Assembly: GCF_006345805.1 (NCBI RefSeq)
Contig: NC_043002.1
Location: forward strand, 78,244,001 to 78,308,000
Reading direction: 5' to 3'
Source: Octopus sinensis
Taxonomy: Eukaryota
DNA length: 64,000 nucleotides
Positions within the stretch are counted from its first letter, which is position 1, and each line of letters starts with the position of its first letter. This document shows positions 52,755 to 64,000 of this stretch, piece by piece. The position numbers were made by a program, and so were the translations under genes. The notes under the pieces were generated by a model that did not search any database, was not told the origin of the DNA, and saw nothing but the letters and a program-made list of their open reading frames with translations.

Positions 52755-53475
52755 AATAATAATAATAATGATAATAATAATAATAACGGTTTTTGATTTA
52801 GGCACAAGGCCAGCTATTTTGAGAGAGGGTTGTTACTACTGACACCAGAATTTGACTGGTAATTTATTTTTGCCAAAGCCAGAGGAATAAATGATAATGT
52901 TGATCTGAACAGGATTTGAACTCAGAATGTAAAGAATTGGAAAAAGTACAGTAAGATATTATACAAACATTCTAATGATATGCATCCTTAAAAACAATAA
53001 TTAGTTTTAATTTAGGAACAAGGCTAGAAATTTTTAAGGTTGGGGGTTACTTGATTACATTGACTTGGGTATTTCGCTACTATTTCATTTTATTAACCCT
53101 GGAGGGATAAAAGGCAAAGTTGACCTTGGTGGGATTTGAACTTAGAATGTAAATATCTTGCATTTTTTTCTAACACTTTAATGATTCTGCCAAGCCATTC
53201 CTCTAAAAATAATAATCGCAATAATGGTTACTGTCTTAGGCACAAGTTTAGCCAGCAATTTTTTAGGTGAGGTGATTAACTAAATGCTACTGACCCCAGC
53301 ACTTGACTCGTGCTTTATTTTATCACCACAGGCAGGATGAAAAGCAAAACTGACCTAGGCAGGAAGTGAACACATAACTTAAAGAATCAGAAGAAATGTT
53401 GCAAAGCATTCTGTCCAACGTACTAGTGATTCTGTCAATCCGCAGCAGCACTACTACTACTACTACTACTAATAC

Positions 53476-53512
<37 letters not shown>

Positions 53513-55767
53513 TGTTACATGCAAATAAAATATGTAATTTGCATTTACTCTCTCTCTCTCTCTCAAAGCCTTTAAATGTAATACTTTCATTAGATCTCCT
53601 CAAACATCTAGAATATTAAGTTGAAAGAGAACAGTAGAGTACAGAGCTATTTTAAGAGTGGGAGTGAAAGTGAGAGGTAGTGAGGTGTGTGTGTGTGCAT
53701 TCGAGATTATTGATTTTAATTTATCACTGTTAACTACTAGAAAATTTACATTCAAATGAATTTGATTTATTGAATGCTAAATTCTCAGAACTAAAACTAC
53801 TCTTAAAATGAGATGTGATAGAACAAATATTTTAAAATTAAATAAATTCCAAGTTTTAACTGCAGATTTTCCTTCTTTTTCCTTTTGGTTATGTCAACAT
53901 ATTTAGTTACACTTATTAATAGTATTGTAGTTGTTTGAATAGAGTATTCTAATATTACTTCTAGCTTTTCAAAGAGAAGTTTGATGTTAAAATTAGTTAC
54001 AGTGAATTAAATGGCTGTTCTTTAAAAGAAAAAAAAGCCTTGAGCGAACATCTCAATTGGTTCAATAAACAAGGTGTTAGTAACAGAAATTTCACATCAA
54101 TACAAACTATGACCAATAAAACTGTACTAGATACTCATTTAGGAAACTGGAAATTTATTTTGGAAGAACAAGAAATAAACGAAAAGCAAAGGGAAAAAAA
54201 GGAAAAGAAAAGAAAGCAATACTACAAAACTTACAAGTTGACTTGATATCAATTAGTAACTGAGGAACTACATCCCCCACCCACCCCACTCTATTTCTTT
54301 GATTCTCTTTTCTTCAGAATCGCACAGCACAATCACTGGAATAAAACTGCTAACAATCTCTGGAGAGAAACAACAAATGAACTATTTTTGTATTTTCTAG
54401 GAATTTCTATGAGAGGTGCTAACTACACTGGCATATTAAAAACACTTGGTCATTGACCATTAAAGAAACAAACAAGCAGAATGGCTGTCAGGTAGTCTAA
54501 ATAATTATTAATAGTATATGAACTATTTTTTAAAAAACTAATTGCTTTAATAGTTTGTTCTGTTCTTTTAAACAATATTTTATTGAATTTTCTTTTCATT
54601 GTCTACTTATATAACCTTATATAGATGAGAAGCTGCAAAGTAATTTTGCTTTTCACATTCATTTCAAATGCAACTACATCCCTATTCAACAAATTCCTAT
54701 AACCTATTTTAAATTACCTCTTTTTTCTATAACCAGTGAATATTGTATAATAAAGCAGGTTCATTCTCAATAGCAACTTCAATTTAAAACTTCTTCAATT
54801 CAAAAGGCCACTGATCTTCAGTTGACATTTAGTTAGTTGCTATCTTAGGCATAGCATCAACATATTTGTCATACCTTTTACCTTCTAAGCATTTGTTGGA
54901 GTATTGATTTTTTTTCCCTCGTTCAGTATGAAAAATAGCTCTATAATAAAAATAAGAGCTATATTCTGAAAGTCATTTCTTATTCCACTACCCCCATATG
55001 CAGACACACTCAGAGAAGACTACTGAGCTTCGAAGGATAGACTCTAAATGCTAATAGCATGACAAACATACCTAGTCACATAACACGGATGGTGCTACAA
55101 AGCACATCTAGCTATTAAAATTCCTGTTTCAATCAAATATGCTCAGTATAGCAAAATGAATACAGAAAGATGAATGTTGTTGAAATGATAAAAATCAATA
55201 CATATAACCATTCCAGCTGTGTGTACATGACTAGCACATCATTTGACAGTACTGCATACAAGATAAGGAAGGCATCAGTCATTCAAAAGATAGAACAATG
55301 TGAAGGAAAGGAGTCGGTTGCGCAAAGAAAGCGGACATAGAAACAACAATGGCTATAATGAAAGAAAACATTTTTCTTTGCTTTAACGAGCTCTACAGTA
55401 TGTTAGAAGATGAAAAATATTTGCAACATATACAGAATCATTTCCTAAATGGTATTGTGTTTATTTATTAGTTATTTAATACATGTTCCCTCACTACTTT
55501 TGGCTGGATGAATCTGTAAATGATTCTGAAAAATGTTATTTGCATGAATACTCGAGCAAATGTAACTACTCAATTATGGAATAGCTGTATTAGTAATTCT
55601 TCAACTAAGTGGGCTAAAGAAAATCAAATAACACGCCTTACCTAAAGTCATGATCTAATACCTATACAATAAGAGTGAATTGAAAACATGTGGTTCAGTT
55701 GTCCAGCACCATAATTATACAAACAGTACCTCTACTTCCTACTCCTTGATATTACATATTCTGAACA

Positions 55768-55979
55768 TTAACTCTTTTGTTATCACATTTCTGATGAAAT
55801 ATGCTGCCTTTGTTTCAATTAATTTTGTAATAATGAAGAACCTAATAAAACAACTGTCATCGTTAAGCTAATGTCTGGAACATAAATTAACATGAAATTT
55901 TGATGGACGGTTTAATTTAGATCACTTTAAAACAGGAAGCTTGTATCATAACACCAGAGAAGGTCTCAGACAGGGTTAA
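55768..55979. mobile_element. piggyBac-like MITE related to 4192-4412, opposite orientation
   Basis: ttaactcttttgttatc ... cagggttaa. The internal sequence (ggaacataaatt, gaaattttgatgga, ttaattt) mirrors the reverse complement of 4192-4412. Confidence 0.72.
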
Positions 55980-56331
55980 ATAAGTTTTTATCTTCCTTTA
56001 AACTAATAATGCTATTTAAATATAATGATGATAATTTAATTAATAAGTTCTGAGGTCATAACTCTGTCAAGGAATGACGCTTTGGAATAACTTCTTTGAA
56101 ATGTTTTTATGGCTTAGGCAGAAGAGACATGGTATTAGCACTCATGACCTTTTACAGAGTCTCTTTATATATATTTTTTTTCCTCCATCTTCCTTTTCTA
56201 TTGGACTTTCCTGTCTCCTGTTTCTGAAGAAGAGCTTTGCTCAAAACGTAAAACCACCTTTCTTTCGTTCCCTGAGCATCTACTAATACTTTACATGTAC
56301 CACGCCTTTACATTGGGGGGGGGGGGTTTAC

Positions 56332-56365
<34 letters not shown>

Positions 56366-56883
56366 AGATGGAGGAGGTTATAATTGAAAGTTTGCCATAA
56401 GAATGGTCTCTACAAGAGGCACCATAGATCAGGAGCAATGATAAAAGTCTATAAGTCTATCTGAAAGTTTTCCACTCAGATTTTGTCACCTGATTTTTAC
56501 TCACAGAGCTTTGGCAAGTTAACCTGAGGCTCAGGTAAAAACACTGATCAAGCTACCACAAAGAAGAACAAACCTGAAAATATGGAGTTGTAAAGTAACT
56601 TCTTAACCAAGCAACTATATCTGGAATTTGCATGAAGAAATATCAGTACCTACTAGATAAAAGTTAATTCTTTCCCAAGTAGTAGTAGTAGTAGTAGTAG
56701 GAGGAGGAGGAGGAGTAGTGGTGGTGGTGGTTGTGGTGGTAGTAGTTTCTAATTTTGGTTCAAAACCAGCGATTTTGAGGAGAGGGAATTAGTTGATGCC
56801 ATCAATCCCAGTACTTGACTGGCACCTAATTTTATCAACCTCAGAGGGACGAAAGATAAAGTTGGATGATTCTGCTGAACCAA

Positions 56884-56921
<38 letters not shown>

Positions 56922-57224
56922 AGTAATAACTTATGTAGGTACAAGGCCAAAAATTGGTTGGCGGGATCAGTCAATAATATCAATATGGTACTTGACCAGT
57001 AGTTCATTTTATTGACTCCAGAAAGAAGAAAGGTAAAGCTAATCACATTGGGATTTGCACTCAGAATGAAGAGAGCTGTAACTAAACACCACAAGGTATT
57101 TTGTCTGACACACTATCAATTCTAAATAATTGTTCCAAATTTTGTACCAAGACCAGCAATTTTAGCTGGAGAGGGTTAGCGAATGACTTCAACCCCAGTA
57201 CTTGACCGGTACATTTAATTTATT

Positions 57225-57405
57225 GAGGAGGGACGAGGATCGTGTTCTGAGGAGAGTGCTCACGTTTAAAGAGAATGAACTGTGAAAGCGAGGTTGACCA
57301 GAGAAAACGTAGAGGAACAGGTGAAGGAAGAGATTGGGAGTGTTGGTTTGAGGAGGGAGGTAGATCCAGCCACTCCCATAACAGGGGCAAACCCGGATTA
57401 AAAAT
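57225..57405 (+). mobile_element. Short 3' fragment of a second RTE-like LINE family, inserted inside a SINE
   Basis: Translates with stops as RRDEDRVLRRVLTFK...KRG*PEKT*R..., a decayed version of the RTE C-terminal KRGRPRKTW motif. It interrupts a family-B SINE whose halves lie at about 57131-57222 and 57440-57545. Confidence 0.7.
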
Positions 57406-57578
57406 ATTGGAATTCATCAACACCATAAGGACAATTGGGGGAAAAGTTGACCTTGCCAGGATTTGAACTGAGAATGTATAGAGTCAGGAGAAAAATCACT
57501 AAGATTTAGTCCAACGTGCAAACAATTCTGTCAGTTCATCACTTTAATAATCCAATCTACTATAGGCTCAAGACCTAC

Positions 57579-57617
<39 letters not shown>

Positions 57618-58170
57618 CCCTGATGCAGTACCAGGCAGTGGCTCTCATGGCTTCTGATCTTAACTGATTGGAAGTGTTATCATGTACATTGTTTTGTCTT
57701 GGTATAAAAGATGGGCTACAGCAAATATTCTGCTCAGTACCACAGATTTGTTTGTCAGTTGTTTGACCTTAACCAGTTGAGCATGTCCCTTAGTGGCTGA
57801 CGATATGTGCATCTCTGATCACGAGCAGAAGTAGTGGGGGAGCATCATAGCCATGTGTTGAGAGGGATTCTTTGGGGTTTGAATAATTCACCTCTGGAAA
57901 CATGGGTGGTTCTTTCAACATCCTTAAACAATCCTTATTCAGGGACCGTTTGAGTGGGATGGGCTACTCAACCTGAAGAAAATTCTAACTGGGCCCCACC
58001 TGCAAGGTCATGTGCTGTTTATCTTGATACGAGATCACAATGTCGCGCACATATGGTTGTGATGCATGTGCCTGGTGTACCCTTATCAGACGGGTAGTCA
58101 TGATGGGTATACTGGGCTTCGTATATTTTACCCCAGTGTCACTTTGATGGCATGAACTGCTCTCTCACTC
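57618..58170. mobile_element. Unclassified 553-bp non-coding interspersed element in an (AAT)n tract, copy 2
   Basis: Same length as copy 1, roughly 15-20 substitutions by eye, same orientation. The flanks beyond the AAT tracts do not share this high identity. Confidence 0.85.
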
Positions 58171-58201
<31 letters not shown>

Positions 58202-58564
58202 GTTCCAAATTTTTCCACAAAAGCAGCAATTTGGGGGACCTCAAAAGGATGAAAAAGTAAAGTTGATCTCAACAATTTGAACTTAGCCCGTAAAGACAAA
58301 TGAAATGTCACTAAATATTCTGCCAGCTTTCCACCTTGTTGTTGATGATGATGATGATGGATGATAATAATAATCTTTTCTACTCTAGGCACAAGGCACA
58401 AAATTTTGGTACTTAATTTATCGACCCTGAAAAGATGAAAGGCAAAGATGACTTTGGCGGAATTTGAACTCAGAACGTAGCAGCAAACGAAATACCACAA
58501 AGCTTTTCGCCCGGCATGCTAACGATTCTGCCAGCTCGCCACCTTATAATAATGTTAATAATGT

Positions 58565-59210
58565 ATTAGCTCAAAAGGAATATGACTGCATAGGCAAAAA
58601 AGAGTGCATTTGGGATGTTAGTCGAGAACGTTGTTCCAAAACAACAGAAAAGTGGCATGAACACCAACCAGAAGCTGTAACAGAAAATGAGAGTTACAAG
58701 ATCTCACGGGACTTCACTATAAAGACTGACCATACTACTGAGGCAAGAAGACCAGACATGATTATAGAGGACAAAATAAACAAACAGTGCAAGATCAAAT
58801 TCCCTGTGATAGCAGCATCAATACCAAAAAGCTGAGGAGATTGTGGAAGACCAAAACAACAATTATTCCTGTAGTGGCAAAAGATGAAAATAATAATAAT
58901 AATAATCTTTTCTACTCTAGGCACATGGCTCGAAATTTTTGGGGAGGGAACCAGTCAATTAGATCAACTCCAGTATGCAACTGGTACTTAATTTATCGAC
59001 CTTCAAAGGATGAAAGGCAAAATTGACCTTGGCGGAATTTGAACTCAAAACGTAGCAGCAAACAAAATACCACTAAGCGTTACCTAAAAGACTGAAAGAA
59101 ACTGGAATTGGAATTTGCATTGTCGAACTACAAAAGAGTACCATCTTGTATTCTGCAAGAATCCTAAGAAAAATTCTTGAGATTTGAGGAGACTTGTCAC
59201 CAAAGCACAA
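58565..59210 (+). mobile_element. R4/Dong-type LINE C-terminal (RLE domain) fragment, split by a SINE insertion at about 58906-59080
   Basis: LAQKEYD...KWHEHQPEAVTENESYKISRDFTIKTDHTTEARRPDMIIEDK (RPD..D nuclease motif). It resumes after the SINE as ELQKSTILYSARILRKILEI*. Confidence 0.85.
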
Positions 59211-60479
59211 GATAAAATACCTGCTAACTAAATTAGCATACAATAGTAGCAGTAGTAATAATCACTTCTATTATACGCACGAGGCCTGAAATTTGGGGGA
59301 GGAAGATAGTTGATTACATCGACCTTAGTACTTGACTGGTACTTACATCGACCCTAGTAGTTGACTGATAGTAGCCTCTAGTGCAGGACTGGTGCATACT
59401 TTATGAAATTTGGAACTACAAAAGTGAAAAGTTGGCTCAGACAGACAATAATAATAATAATTTTCATTTTCAAACAGACATTTGTCACTTATGACTAATT
59501 TAGGCTCTATAGAATTTTGAAATTTATTTTAAATTGCAGAAAGTCAAATTTTATACTCCAGTTTATTTATATGTAATTTATACATGCAATTACTTGGCTT
59601 GAATCAAAACACTTTGAGACAGTTTTGGCTAATAAACCTATTCAAAAACTGAAAGCAGTACAGTATTTGTACACCATGAGTTGTATACAAAAACACCGCT
59701 TTATTGATTTTTTTTTTTTTTTTGTATACTTTCTCAAAGCTGATGATGATGGTTATTATTATTATTAGGATATCCTGTGAAATCAATAATTCTAACTAAC
59801 AATATTAAAGTATAAATTTATTCCAATACTAACTCTATAGTGCTGCAAAAATAAAATAATATATATAAACAAAAAAACTAAATGGAGGTCATGTGAAAAG
59901 AAAGTATTTATGGATGAAAGCATTCCACCAAATTGAAATAGTCTTCAGTAACAGATACTGCCATCAGCCAAAGAATAAAATATACATATAAATGAAGACA
60001 AATATCTTTTTGTTGTTTGTTTTTACTTTTAATCCAAACCAAGATATATGTAGAGGTTCATTCAAGCCCAAATCAATTCCAATATCTTAGAATATATTTT
60101 TACATTAAACCATATTTTTTAAAGAATGTTTCAATTTTTAGGTAATATTTTTTCATTCAAGTGCTATTAAAATTTTCTGCACCATACTTTATTTTTTAAG
60201 TTTTTTTTTTTTTTTTTATGTGATTAATTTCAAGAGTCTTAATTTAGACAATGTTTGATGCAGCCAAGTCTATTTAGTGTACAAAAGGATTTTAATGATG
60301 AAAATTGTTTTTAAAAAATGACTTTTTAAAACTAACCTAGAGATAGCCATCTACGAAGTGCTAACAATTTTCACCGACTATTTCCAAAACAATAAACACA
60401 CTGTAGAGGGGTAATGAGGGTGGTACAGTTCTGGTTAATCAGAAACAAGCAATTTGTCTTACTTAAAGCTTTCTTACAT

Positions 60480-61810
60480 AGGTTAAGTTTTTATCTTCGT
60501 AGAAAAGGGGGGGGGGATTATGTGACATTCATCTGTGCCTTGCCTCATTTCTACAGCGTTAAGAAGAATGTTGCAATGCGTTAATGTATGTCAGAAGTAT
60601 GAAAAATGTGAAGGCTGAAGTGCAAAGAACATGTCAAGCAAAAGCAATGAAGAGAGAATAATTAGGTCGATGTCTAAGCAATAAACGAATATTTTATTCA
60701 TCTCAGAAAGTTAAAAGTAAGCTAAAGAAAAAGCAAAAAAAAAAAAAAAAAAACCTATAATAGCTATCAATTGTAACTTAACTGAAGAATCAATCGACTG
60801 CTTGCGGAATTTTATAGCTAGGAAAATAGCTTCTAGTATCCATTTTAAAACTGGGGTATTAAATTTCTCATTAATCACTAAGTACAGCAGGCCTTTAGGC
60901 CAAAGATTCAAACTTGGTCTTAGATATGTTTAATTATTTATTTATATTTATTTATTTATTTTTTGTACCTTCATGCATATTATTGAGTCTACCTAGAAAA
61001 TGGTCGAATTCTCAGTAAATTAAATAGGTTTGATGCTAGGAAAGTCATCCGACCATAAAATAATCCATACGATAACTTATTTATTCAATCCGTACAGCAG
61101 AGCAGAATATAAACAAACGAACAAAATAGGAGCAAATGACAGATCAATTAAATATATTTTCCTTTTGAAGTAAACGACAAAACAAAGACGACTTAAACGG
61201 CTATAAAAACGGGAAATAGACAATGCTCAAAATGGTGGAGGAAGATGAAAAGTAAGCTGAAGTAAACTTGACATGTATAGCAAGCTTTTATAGCTCACTT
61301 ACACATGATGTGAAAACTTGGAGTATCAAAGCTATCAAAGCAGAGAAGCTAGACCACAAGATCAATGATGATCATTCATAAAAATTTTCCAAATGTAATG
61401 AGTAGCATTAAACATAGTATTAATTCCTGATTTTCTTTGATGTCAATACAGATCTCATTATCAGATCTTCATCCAGAAAATAGATAGATAGATAAATAAA
61501 ATAAATAAATAGTAGCAAAAATAAACAGACTATTTATTGTTGAAAACAACAAAAATATTGGTGGAATGCAACTATAAATAAACATCTGAAATTCATTCTC
61601 GGTAAGAAAAAAGGTACTATTAGTAAGTAAACCTAGATAAAATATATAACCGGTTGTGGCGGCGGCGGATGGTAGGGCTGATGATGAGTCATGTCAGTAA
61701 CAGTAATCTTATTAGCTGTTACAGAAGCTTCAACGTCTGTGTAAGTACCCCAGCACTTAGTAGAAAGGCAAATCCTCGTAAAACTTTATGTGCTGGGGCC
61801 ACGTGACTAG
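60480..61810. promoter_or_regulatory. CpG-retaining non-repetitive segment, candidate regulatory region or antisense promoter
   Basis: About 24 CpG counted by eye in 1.33 kb versus about 1 in 44001-45000. Contains TATAAAA (61202), AAAATGGTGG (61229), GTAAGC (61252), a GGCGGCGGCGG run and GTAAGT (61741). Confidence 0.4.
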
Positions 61811-64000
61811 AGTCTACTTCCTAGAACAATTATGCTCAGTTAAAAAGAATTATCCTCCAACAGCAAGAAACCAAGGAAAATGACAAACTATGGTTGATAA
61901 ATTGTTCAGTCATTTCTTTGTCTCTCTCTTTTCTTTTATCTCAGCCAAATATCTTTGATAAATGGACTAAAATATTTATTCTATACTGAACATCTAAATA
62001 TTCAATTTGAAACTTTAATGTATAAATATCTGTTTTACAACATTCAATAATACCTTCATTATTTTGATGACGGCTAAGCCAACTCATATTATTCTCAGTT
62101 AACATTATTTATCTACACTAACTCAACAAACTTAGAGGAATGACAAAATATCAAAATTGATTAACAGAATTCAGCCAATTAACCAAACATGCAAAACTGA
62201 AAGGAAATTAAATATAAGATTTGTACTGTCATTATCAGGGCTGATCTGGACAAGTAGCTTGCTTAACACAAGAGCTGTGTGTCTCTTTGAAATATACATA
62301 GACACACAGCTAGCATGAGTGAATGCATATTTAAATTAATGGAATTAATAAAATGGAATTGGAATTGTTAACAGAAATTTTTAAAGATTTTTACTGATGG
62401 GTACAGCACAACTGGTGGTGGTGGAACACAAACAGGAATTGAACACAGGTAGCAAAGGTCAGTTCACAAATCAAGCTTCTGTTAGCAAACATGATAGCTA
62501 AATCTCCTTCCTGGCTAGGATTTTGGTCTATTGCAGGTAACTTTTTTCACAGAAAGAACTGAACTCAGTAGTACAAGCCAACAGACTAACTATGAGTACT
62601 TTCCTATTATCAAAAGCCAATTTTATATATACTAAAGGATTAGAAAATAAACTTTTACACTCATGAGGTAGGTGTAATAGTTGATTGGCAGACTTTTGGA
62701 ACAGCTCAATCAAAGAGCAATCGTTTATTTACTAATCCTTTAGTAAATAAGAAATCAGCTGTCAGTAATAGGAAAGTACCCTACATACAATACTGTTACT
62801 ACTGTTTGCAGTGGTGAATTGTACCAATAGGGATACTTATTTAGAGATAGGTATTAATGGACAAGTGTCTTGACCATGGTCACATCCTGTCAACATGAGT
62901 GACAGAATGTAAACTTCTGACCTCTCATTTAGTCACCCAGTACCTTACTGACAAGCTCTGGTGTCAAGAAATACTTGAAGCTAAAACAGCCATCCTAATG
63001 CACCAATTGACATAATTTTAATTTAGATATTCTGTTAAAACTACATTATATTAAAATCTATTCTTTTAAACAACTCTAAAAGCATCAAAGTTTCGCATTT
63101 TCAGAATGATAACAAACAAGAGCTAGTTTTCACAAGTAACCTTTGGTTAGGAATAGTTGTCTGAAAGGACATAGACTGCTGTTAGTGCAGTTGCAATTGA
63201 AGCAGGGTCCTGTATTGTTTGTATGACTATTTCTTAAACTGGCTACATTTGAAGATGTTATTGTATGTGCAAAATCATGTGTGGTAGAGTATGAAATTTC
63301 GATCATGTTTCTATTAAATTTGTAGTGTTTGGGAAATGTTAATCTATGATCGTAAAGAATGCTTTAGCGTATTGGAGTGAAACTTGGAGATTGAAAAGTA
63401 GGTTATATTTTTTGAAGTAATTGGAGTATTTTATATAAATACATACATAATTTTCTCTCTCAAACTGCTTTTCAAGAGTGCTTCATTGTAGTGGCAGGCT
63501 GATCCTTTAAAGACCTTTTCATTTTAAAATAATGAAGCTAATCTTTGGGAAATATTTTAAACCAAGTTTTAAAAAAAAAAATTCATGGGTAGTTTAAAAC
63601 ACACCTATTTCTTCAAACAAATACAGAAATCAAAGAACATCAGTTAACTGGCATAGATCATCTTTCAGTTTTTAAGTTTCCGCACTAATAGTTAAAACAT
63701 TCTTTTAGGTTCCTAGATATGAATACTTCCTGATATATCACATATATTACAAAATGTTCAACATAAAACTGATCAAAACGTCAGCCCACCACACAATCTT
63801 GTACAAAGAATAGACTCTTCAAATGTAGTCAAATTAAATAAATATTCTTAGCATGTCTATCTGTTATTAGTGAATAATACAACCTACACACAGTGAAATG
63901 TGAAATACATTATAAGCATTTACTTATGAGTATGTTTCTATCATCTGCCTGCATAACTGTACAATATACTTTGCTGCTAGTTAAAAACAAAAGTATGTCT

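Noticed and set aside
61633-61790. Minus-strand frame ending ...MTHHQPYHPPPPQPVIYFI*
   Set aside because: About 50 codons, with the Pro run created by the GGC repeat; no similarity to EPC exon 1 or any domain I recognise.
62387-62448. IFTDGYSTTGGGG frame resembling vWA or RNase H 'TDG' motifs
   Set aside because: Only 20 codons, weak splice sites, in-frame stops on both sides, no other motifs of either domain.

Overview
AT-rich (roughly one-third GC by eye) animal genomic DNA, most likely octopus or another cephalopod; this is inferred from the SINE/LINE/MITE content and microsatellite load, not from a search. The only host gene I can support is an Enhancer of polycomb (EPC1/EPC2-type, NuA4/TIP60 subunit) gene on the minus strand. 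Two internal coding exons are visible (17270-17426, 157 nt; 3607-3752, 146 nt) and splice in frame to 101 aa of the EPL1 domain. The ATG exon and the next downstream exon are not in the window, so essentially all 64 kb is intronic. The introns hold several tRNA-derived SINE families, decayed RTE, R4/Dong-type and Tx1-like LINE fragments, an internally deleted Tc1 element with intact TIRs, piggyBac-like and hAT-like MITEs, and many micro/minisatellites. The most notable observations are: (1) two equal-length 553-bp copies of an unclassified element in (AAT)n tracts; (2) same-orientation pile-ups of retroelements in trinucleotide microsatellites; (3) a ~150-bp fold-back hairpin and a perfect 20-bp palindrome; (4) a CpG-retaining segment at 60.5-61.8 kb with a candidate antisense promoter/first exon. 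I found no convincing evidence for a new protein-coding system. Most ORFs in the track are microsatellite or repeat artefacts.
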